In this document: in pieces, positions 1 through 8,379 of the stretch
How positions within the stretch are numbered: the stretch's first letter is position 1
Layout of the letters: every line of letters starts with the position of its first letter
NCBI RefSeq assembly: GCF_004010195.1
Contig: NC_057750.1
Location: forward strand, 476,247 to 496,246
Length of the DNA stretch: 20,000 bases
Source: Chiloscyllium plagiosum
Lineage: Eukaryota
Direction: 5' to 3'
The notes under the pieces: model-generated
The model's input: only the letters and a program-made list of their open reading frames with translations
The model's database searches: none
Told to the model about the DNA's origin: nothing
Position numbers and translations under genes: made by a program

Positions 1-639
1 AGAGGTCGATTTACTTCTCTGAGAAGCAAAACATATCTTAATAAATCAAATGTCCCTGATTAAAAATGCATCCAATGAGCATCTTATTTTTAGATGATGA
101 AGGTCATTGATGCAGGGATTTTGCAATAGAGAAGGGGTGCATTGACCAGCAATGGTAAATATAGTTCAAATAAAGACTGAATCCCAGTCCTCAGTCACCA
201 TAAAACAGCAGCGCTACATTCATTGGTGAATCTTGTAACATTGTGATTCCAGATCAGCCTACGATGCACAAAGTGACATTGCCAGCAAGTTAGAAGGTAT
301 GATCCTCACAGCATGGGTGTGAACATCTTTCCAATGTTGCTGATTCTCTATCTGGAGTTGCAAGACTGAACCATTGTCAGTCTTATTGAGTTACTGTGTA
401 AATTCATTACCTGAGGCACTGCGATACTCAGACCCGATTCATGCTAGGTTTGACCCACAGATTAGTGTGAAAGCAATGGCTTTGAGTTAAGATGGCTGGA
501 AGCTTCTAGTTGGCCTCAAATTTAGGAAGAGAAATTATCGGCTGTTGATCATTGTATATAACTCTATTGGAAAATTGCAGTTGTCTGGACATTAAGAGAA
601 GGCAGAGGAACTTCTGAAATGTTATAGTATTGTGTGAGT

Positions 640-900
640 TATCATCCTAATGTCCTTTCTTGTACTCTAAGCCCCATGTATAAAGCCGAGAATCCTGGAA
701 GCCCTTTGCCCATTTTGTCAAACTGCGCTGTCACTTAAATGATTTGTGCACATGCTCCATCTGTTACTGTACTCCCTTTACAATTGTATTCTTTTTAGTT
801 TACATTCTTCTTCAATTTCCACCCATCAAATCCGATCACTTTATGTTCAATTTCAATATCCATATGTCAGCCCATTCCACAGCATGACGTCCTCTTCCTT
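640..900 (-). mobile_element. Old degraded CR1-clade LINE ORF2 fragment (post-RT region)
   Basis: The reverse complement resembles decayed CR1 ORF2 sequence running from 'W-A-D-x-W' to 'GILGFI..G.EYK' (plus strand: tgtactctaagccccatgtataaagccgagaatcc; gatttgtgcaca). Many indels. Confidence 0.6.
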
Positions 901-1120
901 CATGAGGAACAGTCTTTCTATACAGAACCTAGAATGTACTGTCTGAGAGGGGGCTCCAGGGTGATTCAATGCTGGCTTTCCAAAAGGACTTGGAGAGGCA
1001 GGAGGGGAAACGCTAAATTGAAGGGTGAGGAGAATAGCCAAGCTAAATCACTCAGAGATAACCACAAGTGTTGGATGGGCAGATTGGCCTTCATCTGTGT
1101 GTTGACTATTCGATGGTTCA
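901..1120 (+). mobile_element. Old degraded CR1 LINE 3' end (ORF2 C-terminus plus 3'UTR)
   Basis: atgaggaacagtctttctatacag...gaatgtactgtctgagagg...gattcaat...ggctttccaaaagga...gatgggcagattggccttcatctgtg resembles the CR1 3' ends at 5660-5900 and 10720-10960. Confidence 0.6.
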
Positions 1121-1227
1121 ATGTTGAAGAGCCAGCTCAAGGTCTCCATCTTGGATCACACATGAAGAATGACCCTTTGTACCCCAAAGTGAGGAAGTAT
1201 GGTGGACTGTTCAATTTACATATATAA

Positions 1228-1533
1228 CAGAGATCCACAGAATGCCTACAGTGTGGAAACAGGCCCTTTGGCCCAACAAGTCGAAACCGAACCTCAGAAA
1301 AGCAACCCACCCAGACCCATTCCCCAACATTTACCCCTTCACCTAACACTACGGGCAATTTAGCATGCACATTTCTGGACTGTGGGAGGAAACCGGAGCA
1401 CCTGGAGGAAACCCACGCAGACACAGGGAGAATGTGCAAACTCCACACAGACAGTCGCCTGAGGCCAGAATAGAACCCAGCTCTCTGGCACTGTGAGGTA
1501 GCAGTGCTACCCACTGAGCCACTGTGCCGCCCC
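1228..1533 (-). mobile_element. HE1-like V-SINE (tRNA-derived head, V-domain core, CR1-derived tail)
   Basis: Minus strand reads gggcggcacagtggctcagtgggtagc (A box), gggttctattc (B box), then the core tgtgtggagtttgcacattctccctgtgtctgcgtgggtttcctcc, and a tail gggccaaagggcctgtttcca shared with the CR1 3' end at 2356-2376. Confidence 0.9.
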
Positions 1534-1810
1534 TGGGCTCATTGGACTCTGAAATAATTCACGTGAAGCTATTTGTGACATTGAGAGCTGTGATTGAAAA
1601 TGGAGTCACAGGTGGACATCCATGCTTTCATCAGTCAGAGCACTGGGTTTAGGAGTTGAGAAGTCTTGTTGCAGTTGTACAAAATGTTGGTGAGGCCACA
1701 TTTGGAGTACTGTGTGTGTTCTGGTCACCCTAATATAGAAAGAATATTATTAAAGTAGAAAATGTGCAGACATGATTTACTCGTATGTTACCTGGACTGG
1801 AAAGTAGTTA

Positions 1811-1848
1811 GTGAGTTTTGAGAAGATTTGTAACTCAGGTTGAGGTTT
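1811..1848. mobile_element. 38-bp insertion with 13-bp TSD, probably the terminal remnant of a Penelope-like element
   Basis: tggaaagtagtta occurs at both 1798-1810 and 1849-1861, and the host CR1 is colinear once the insert is removed. The family assignment is from recollection of shark PLE termini only. Confidence 0.65.
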
Positions 1849-2000
1849 TGGAAAGTAGTTATAAGGAGAGGCTGGATAGGCTGGAACTTTTTACCCTGGA
1901 GTGTAGGAGACTGACCTTATAAAAGTCTATAAAATCATGAGAAGCACAGATTAGGTACATAGTCAATAGTTTTTCCCTAGGGTAGGGAGTCTAAAATAGA

Positions 2001-2030
2001 CTGAAGAAGGGCATGTGCCCGAAACGTCGA
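2001..2030 (+). ncRNA. Minimal type I hammerhead ribozyme core (PLE-type); 5' strand of stem I appears lost
   Basis: CUGAAGA at 2001-2007, an extra A, stem II GGGC/GCCC with an AUGU loop (2009-2020), GAAA at 2021-2024, palindromic ACGU stem III, and a GUC triplet ending at 2028. Confidence 0.7.
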
Positions 2031-2125
2031 ATCTTCTGTTCCCTAGATGCTGCCTGACCTGCTGTGCTGTTCCAGCAATAAAGTTTCAGCTTTGATCTCC
2101 AGCGTCTGCAGACCTCACTTTCTCC
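2001..2125 (+). mobile_element. 125-bp Penelope-like pseudo-LTR-type insertion with 13-bp TSD and hammerhead core
   Basis: TSD agtctaaaataga at 1988-2000 and 2126-2138. The insert begins ctgaagaagggcatgtgcccgaaacgtc and continues gatgctgcctgacctgctg...tccagc...tctgcag. Confidence 0.85.
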
Positions 2126-3221
2126 AGTCTAAAATAGAGGGCGTACGTTTAAGGTGAGAGGGTCCACAGGTGCAATCTTATCACACAGAGGGTGGTGAAT
2201 GTCTGCAACAGGCTGCCAGAGGTAGTGGTGGAGGTGGGTATTATGTTGTCACTTAAGAAACCTTTGGACAGATGCATGGATGGGATAGGAATGGAGGGAT
2301 ATGGACCTAACACAGGCAAATGGGACTAGATTAAATTGTGAAAAACGGACAAGCTGGGCCAAAGGGCCTGTTTCCATGCTGTAAACATTTATGACTCTCT
2401 AACAAATACATTTTTAGATCTGAGCAGCTGGAGGAAAAAGGTACATTGTCAAGCTTTTTTAAAAGACACGTTGCATGGAACTAGACCTCACTGTGCTTAA
2501 ACATCTGAAATAAACTCAACAAATGTCATCAGAGATGCAGTGTTCCACGAGTGTGGGATACAATGCTGTGGGCCAGCCACTTGTTTTTCAATACCCAATA
2601 ATATCCGGTGAGGTCTATACAGTACAGAATTAGCACCAACATCAAGGAACAAGATTTGAACTTATTGCTGTACTGTATATACCATAGACTGGCTTTGCCA
2701 AAATGCAGGATGTGCTCCCTGCTGGTTATCTCTGTGAAACATAATCATTACCAACTGTGAAATGAGGTCTTTTTTTAAATTTGTATGATTTATTTTACTT
2801 CCTGAGCAGATTTTCATTACCTGGGTTGTTGATGGCTGTGCCTTGAAGCACTGCGTAATTAGAAAATAGTTATTGAAAGGACAATGCCAAAGGCATTTCA
2901 TATTCTCAGTTTTGCATAGAATGTTTCCGTCAGTGAGAAATTTAGGAGATTGAAGTGAAAATCATTTCTCTGCATGTGGGTGGAAGGGAACATTCCCAAA
3001 TTGTGTATCCATCCAGTTTAACCGTGGAATGCGTAGCACAGGGTGACGTACAGTCACGCCATTGTAGATTAAGCCAATCCTCTCTATTCTGGCAGTCCTG
3101 CAGCATTCTCCATGCTACAATCACAAATCACAACATTTAGTGGGTCAATCTGCTCAAAAGTGAAAAGTATTTATTTGTATTTGATGATAACAGTTTTATG
3201 ATGTGAGAATGAGTCACTAGA

Positions 3222-3568
3222 GTAGGCAATGGCCTCGTGGTATTATTGCTGGACAGTTAATCCAGAGACCCAGGTTATGTACTAGGGATCAGGGTTTGAA
3301 TCCTGCCTCAGTGGATGGTGGAATGTGAATTCAATAAAAATCTGGAAATAACAGTCTAATGATGACTATGATTTCATTGCTGATTATTGGAAAAACCCAT
3401 CTGGTTCTCTGATGTCCTTTAGGGAAGGAAACTGCCTTCCATACCTGGTCTGACCTACATATCACTCTGGACCCACAGCAATGGGGTTGACTCTTAAATG
3501 GCCTCAGAGATAGACAGTAAATGCTGTCCAAGCTGGTGACACCCTCATCCCATGAATTAAAAATAAAG
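3222..3568 (+). mobile_element. tRNA-derived SINE (second chondrichthyan family), near full length
   Basis: A-box-like tggcctcgtggta and B-box-like ggtttgaatcc, body with aaaaacccatctggttc...ccacagcaatggggttgactcttaa, and an A-rich tail catcccatgaattaaaaataaa. Homologous to 3659-3991. Confidence 0.8.
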
Positions 3569-3658
3569 TACTCTGGATCTCCATTACACCTGGCCTTCAC
3601 CGCTGGGGAAAAATGTAATCTCTCCTTTTTCTGGTCCCTCCCTAAAAATTGGGAAAAG

Positions 3659-3991
3659 TTTCTTTGTCTTTTTCTTTATTCACAGGGTGTCACTGGCTGC
3701 AGCAACATTTATTGCCCCATCCCAAATTGTCCAGAGGGCAGTTAAGAGTCAACCACATTGCTGTGTGTCTGGAGTCACAGGTAGGCCAGAGTGGGTAAGC
3801 TTGCCAGTTTCCTAAAGGATATTAGCAAACCAGATGGGTTTCCCCAACAATTGGCTATGGTTTTATGGTCATCATTAGACACTTAATTCTAGATTTTTGT
3901 TAAATTCAAATTTTACCATCTCCCATGTTGGGATTTGAATCCTGGTCCTCAGAATGTAACTGACAATAGTACCACTGGACATCTCCTTCCC
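3659..3991 (-). mobile_element. Same tRNA-SINE family, inverted orientation
   Basis: ttaagagtcaaccacattgctgtg, aaccagatgggtt and ggatttgaatcc (minus-strand B box) are reverse-complement homologues of motifs in 3222-3568. T-rich tail at the left end. Confidence 0.8.
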
Positions 3992-4004
3992 ATTTGTCCT
4001 AACA

Positions 4005-4094
4005 ATTGTGAAACCTGCTTTAAACATGCTCAGTGACTGAGCTTTCACAATCCTCCATGGATTCTAAAGATTCATAACTCTCCGAGTGATAAAA
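4005..4094 (-). mobile_element. Old CR1 3' fragment
   Basis: ctttaaacatgctcagtgactgagctttcacaatcctc...attctaaagattcataactctccgagtga resembles the reverse complement of the 'FF.QRVVNLWNSL' region (compare 5523-5760). Confidence 0.55.
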
Positions 4095-5903
4095 CAATGA
4101 GGGAGGACTTGGCTAAAGTAAGCTGGAAACAAAGATTTTATGGTGGGACAGTTGACGAGCAGTGGAGGAGTTTCAAAACAATTTTTCAAAGTGCTCAGCA
4201 GAAGTATATTACAGTGAAAAGGAAGGACTGTAAGAAAAGCAATAATCTACCACGGGTCTGAGGAAATAAGGGAGGCTATCAAAATGAAAGAGAAGGCATA
4301 CAAAGAGACAAAAACAGCATGAAACTAGAAGATTGGAAAAAACTTTAAAGGTCAGCAGAAAGCCACAAAAAGAGCTATAACAAAAAGTAGGATAGAACAT
4401 GAGAAAAAAATCTAGCTTAGAATATAAAGGGAAAGGATTCTATCGGTATATAAAACGAAAAAGAGCGTTTAATATAAACGTTGGCCCTTTAGAGGATGAG
4501 AAAGGGCATTTAGTTATGGGATATGAGGAAATGGCCGAGCCATTGAGCAGGTATTTTGTATCGGTCTTCACAGTGGAGGACATGAATAACATGCCAGTAA
4601 GTGACAAGGAGCTGAAGGTAGGTGGGGACCTGGAAATAATTATTATTACGGAAGAGGTCGTGTTGGGAAAGCTAATGGAGCTAAGGATAGATAGGTCTCC
4701 TGCCCCTGATGGAATGCATCTCAGAGTACTAAAAGAGATGGCCGGAAAAATAGCAGGTGGACTGGCGGTAATTTTCCAACATTTACTGGACTCTGGGGAA
4801 GTCCCAGTAGATTAGAAAACAGCAAATGTGATGCCATTGTTTAAAAAGGAAAGTAGTCAAAAGATGGGGAATTATAGACCAGTTAGCTTAATCTCTGTAG
4901 TGGGGAAGATGCTTGAGTCTATTATCAAGGAAGAAATAGCAAGGCATCTTGATAAAAATTATCCCATTGGGCAGACGCAGCATAAGTGCATGAGGGCAGG
5001 TCATGCTTAACAAATCTTTTGGAAATCTATGAAGACATTTCAAGCAAGGTGGACAAGGGGGACCCAGTGGTTGTGGTGTACCTAGATTCCCAAAAGGCCT
5101 TTGACAAGGTGCCGCACAAGAGGCTGCTGCGTAAGATAAGGATGCATGATGTTAGGGGTAAAGTATTAGCGTGGATAGAGGATTGGTTGACTAACAAGAA
5201 TGAAAGAATGGGGATACATGAGTGCTATTCTGGTTGGCAATCAGTGACTAGTGGTGTGCTTCAGGGACCAGTGTTGGGACTGCAATTACTTACAATTTAT
5301 ATTGGTGATTTGGTGTTGGGGACTACGTGTAGGGTGTCAAAGTTTGCAGATGACACTAAGATGAGTGGCTGAGCAAAGTGTGCAGAGAAATGTGAAACTT
5401 TGCTGGGGAACATAGATACTTTGAGTGAGTGGGCAAAGGTCTGGTAGATGGAGTACGATGTTAAGATGGAGAGACTGAGTAGACTGGGACTATATTCATT
5501 GGAATTCAGAAGAATTGGAGGGATTTTATAGAAGCATATAAAATTATGAAGGGATTAAATAGGATAGAAGTAGAGAGGATGTTTCCAATGGCGGGTGAAA
5601 CTAGGACAAGAGGGCATAGCCTCAAAATTAGAGGGAGTAGATTTAGGACTGAATTGAGAAGGAACATCTTCAGCCAGTGGGGTATAAATCTATGGAATTC
5701 CTTGCCCAGTGAAGTAGTTGACGCGAGTTCAGTAGATGTTTTTAAAGCTAAGGTAGCTTTTTTTTTAACAATAAAGGACTTAAGGGTTACGGTGAGAGCA
5801 CGGGTAAGGGGATCTGAGTCCATGAAAAGATCTTATTGAATGTTGGAGCAGGCTTGAAGGGCCAGACTGCCTACTCCTGCTCCTTGTTCTGATGTTCATA
5901 TGT
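4095..5903 (+). mobile_element. 5'-truncated CR1 LINE with decayed ORF2 (RT), internal deletion and 3' tail
   Basis: ORFs 4399-4815, 4828-5010, 4986-5372 and 5546-5839 carry RT motifs: SPAPDG, NYRPVSLISVVGK, GRSCLTNLL, YLDSQKAFDKVPH, SGVLQGPVLG, KFADD. Stops and frameshifts are present. Tail cctactcctgctccttgttctgatgttcatatgt. Confidence 0.97.
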
Positions 5904-6329
5904 AAAATCTTCTGTAAGGGCTGATGATGCAGCTTGGAATGAGCAGAATGAGAGAAAAGTAACAGATTGTGATCAACTGATCACTTTTAAATTTCATAGC
6001 GACCAGTTCAAAGGAATCTCATGGCAAATTAAACAAATTAAAATCAACATTGATGAACAGCAAGTGATGGGTAGCTGATGCACTAAACTACACATTCTGC
6101 AGTAACTTCTTAACACAACTAAAGCCTCAAATTTGTACATACTGCACGTTTTGAGCAAATACAGTGTTTAAAATTCCATATACAGGCCATGGGACAGGTG
6201 AAGAGATGCTTGAAATTGCAAGTGCAAAAATAACTCTCAAACGTGACATTCAGAAAAACAAATGTCAACATTTCAGCTGCTTGTTCAAGCTGAAAAGCTA
6301 CAGACGTTTTCTTCAAGAAGGAAAGCAAC

Positions 6330-6550
6330 AAGGGGAACACAGGAGCAGGAATAAGCCCATTCAGACCCTCAACCTTCCCCTGGCATTCAAAACAATCAAG
6401 GCTTATCATTCACTTCAAGACCCCTATTTCTCCCTTTACATCATTGGTACTTGGAAATCTATTAATCTCTGCTTTAAATATACCCAGTACATGATCACGC
6501 CTAGCCCTCTGGAGTGGACAATTCCAAGATCTCTGAAGAAAAACATTTTG
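6330..6550 (-). mobile_element. Old CR1 3' end
   Basis: aggagcaggaataagcccattcagaccctc resembles the reverse complement of the CR1 tail at 5850-5885. Also ccctctggagtggacaattccaaga. Confidence 0.7.
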
Positions 6551-6554
6551 ATTC

Positions 6555-6813
6555 TACCATGTGCTTGAACGCTCACTAAGTTTGTCTAAACCTTCTTGAA
6601 GCCATCTTCTGCACAACACACATTGTCACTTATCTTTGTGTCATTTGTGAACTTGGAAATAGTATATTTGGTCCCAAGTACAAATTGTTGATGTACATTG
6701 CCAACAGCTGGGGTCCCAAGTACTGATCCGTGCAATACCCCGCTCATTGCAGGCTGCAAAGGTGAGAATGATCCATTTATCCCAACTCTCTGTTTTCTGC
6801 CTGTTCGCCAATT
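6555..6813 (-). mobile_element. Old CR1 RT fragment
   Basis: Translation WRTGRKQRVGINGSFS...SGVLHGSVLG...ISKFTNDTKI (C-terminal part of ORF 6586-7017). Confidence 0.85.
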
Positions 6814-6837
6814 CTCCCCCTCATCCCCTGAGATTGC

Positions 6838-7784
6838 ATTAAGGTGCAAACCGTCTCTCTTGTATAATTTATGCTTACCACAAAACATACCCCAGTGATC
6901 CAAGAATTTAAATCCTTGCTTCCTGCACCAGTTCCCCAGCCACACGTTCAAGTCCATTATCTCCCTGTTTCTGACCTCACCAGCCCGAGGAACTGGAAGC
7001 AAACCGAAGATAACCACTTTGGACGTTCTGCTTTTCAGCCTTCTTCCTAGTTCTCCGAAGTCCCGCTGTAGTATGATGTCGGAAAGAAGAAGTCCCTCTT
7101 CTTCCCGACATCATTTGTGCCGACATGTACCACCACCTCTGGCTCTTCACCTTCATCCTTGAGGATTTCCTGCACTCTGTCTGTGATGTCTTTAACCCTG
7201 GCACCAGGAAGGCAATGCACCATCCTTAAGTCCCGTCTGCTGCCACAAAAGCCCCGGTCAGTTCCTCTCACGATGGAGTCCCCTATTACCACGGCTCTGT
7301 GCGGTGTCCGACTCTTCCACTCTGCCTCCACGCCAACGTTTGATTGACAGACCTGGCCACCTCGCGGACTGGCAGTGTCATCTGGCTCTGCTATTTCCAA
7401 AAGATTCAACTTGTTCCTGACAGGTACTTACCCTGGGGTCTCTTGCACCTGTCTCCTCTCTGCCTTCCTCATCATCTGCTCTCTTCTAGTACGATTGGTG
7501 TAATAACCTTGCTGAAGGTCTTGTCCAGAAAGATCCTGTTCTCTCGGATAAGCCTAAGGTCCTCGAGTTCTTTCATCAGCGCTGCAATATGCTCTGTCAG
7601 TAGCTGAACATGCACACACTTTCCACACTTATACGAGCCAGACACACCAGAGTCGTTGACCTCCCACATCAAGCACGTAGCACACTGAACCAGCTTGGCA
7701 GTCATGTCTTCACCCTCTTCAACTGTGGTGTAATCACTTCACTCAACCTCCTTGTCAAAGACTCCTGAGCTAAAGCCTCACACT
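6838..7784 (-). mobile_element. CR1 LINE 5' part: ORF1 with CxxC..CxxC zinc finger/coiled coil and SGNH (GDSL) esterase domain, frameshifted
   Basis: ORF 7472-7705 has CATC...CGKC...LMKELEDLRLIRE. ORF 7047-7409 has VVIGDS, LPGA and VHVGTND. ORF 6586-7017 has DGLHLN. All four SGNH blocks are present, as is established for CR1 ORF1. Confidence 0.93.
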
Positions 7785-8379
7785 NNNNNNNNNNNNNNNN
7801 NNNNNNNNNNNNNNNNNNNNNNNNNNNNNNNNNNNNNNNNNNNNNNNNNNNNNNNNNNNNNNNNNNNNNNNNNNNNNNNNNNNNNNNNNNNNNNNNNNNN
7901 NNNNNNNNNNNNNNNNNNNNNNNNNNNNNNNNNNNNNNNNNNNNNNNNNNNNNNNNNNNNNNNNNNNNNNNNNNNNNNNNNNNNNNNNNNNNNNNNNNNN
8001 NNNNNNNNNNNNNNNNNNNNNNNNNNNNNNNNNNNNNNNNNNNNNNNNNNNNNNNNNNNNNNNNNNNNNNNNNNNNNNNNNNNNNNNNNNNNNNNNNNNN
8101 NNNNNNNNNNNNNNNNNNNNNNNNNNNNNNNNNNNNNNNNNNNNNNNNNNNNNNNNNNNNNNNNNNNNNNNNNNNNNNNNNNNNNNNNNNNNNNNNNNNN
8201 NNNNNNNNNNNNNNNNNNNNNNNNNNNNNNNNNNNNNNNNNNNNNNNNNNNNNNNNNNNNNNNNNNNNNNNNNNNNNNNNNNNNNNNNNNNNNNNNNNNN
8301 NNNNNNNNNNNNNNNNNNNNNNNNNNNNNNNNNNNNNNNNNNNNNNNNNNNNNNNNNNNNNNNNNNNNNNNNNNNNNNN
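7785..8379. other. Assembly gap (595 N)
   Basis: Run of N. Confidence 1.

Larger units (their letters stand above)
1600..2400 (+). mobile_element. 5'-truncated CR1 LINE 3' end, interrupted by two nested insertions
   Basis: Encodes decayed 'LLQLYKMLVRPHLEYC' and 'RLDRLELFTLECRRL', and ends in the CR1 tail gggcctgtttccatgctgtaaacattttatgactct. Confidence 0.9.

Noticed and set aside
1137..1514. ORFs over SINEs (also 13373-13662, 16649-17292, 3331-3600)
   Set aside because: Spurious translations of HE1 and other SINE sequence.
1460..1533. tRNA-like A/B boxes (also 13298-13355) as tRNA genes
   Set aside because: They are SINE heads followed by V-domain cores, with no complete cloverleaf.
2955..3140. 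Ig-like 'SLTVECVAQG' motif in a plus-strand ORF
   Set aside because: No correctly spaced Trp or DxGxYxC, so there is too little support for an Ig domain.
4090..5907. taaaa as TSD of the 4095-5903 CR1
   Set aside because: A 5-bp A-rich match is not distinguishable from chance.
6586..7017. 143-aa ORF fusing an esterase C-terminus to an RT fragment as a novel chimeric protein
   Set aside because: Chance in-frame junction of two decayed LINE pieces. The RT part is degenerate (FTND instead of FADD) and internally frameshifted.
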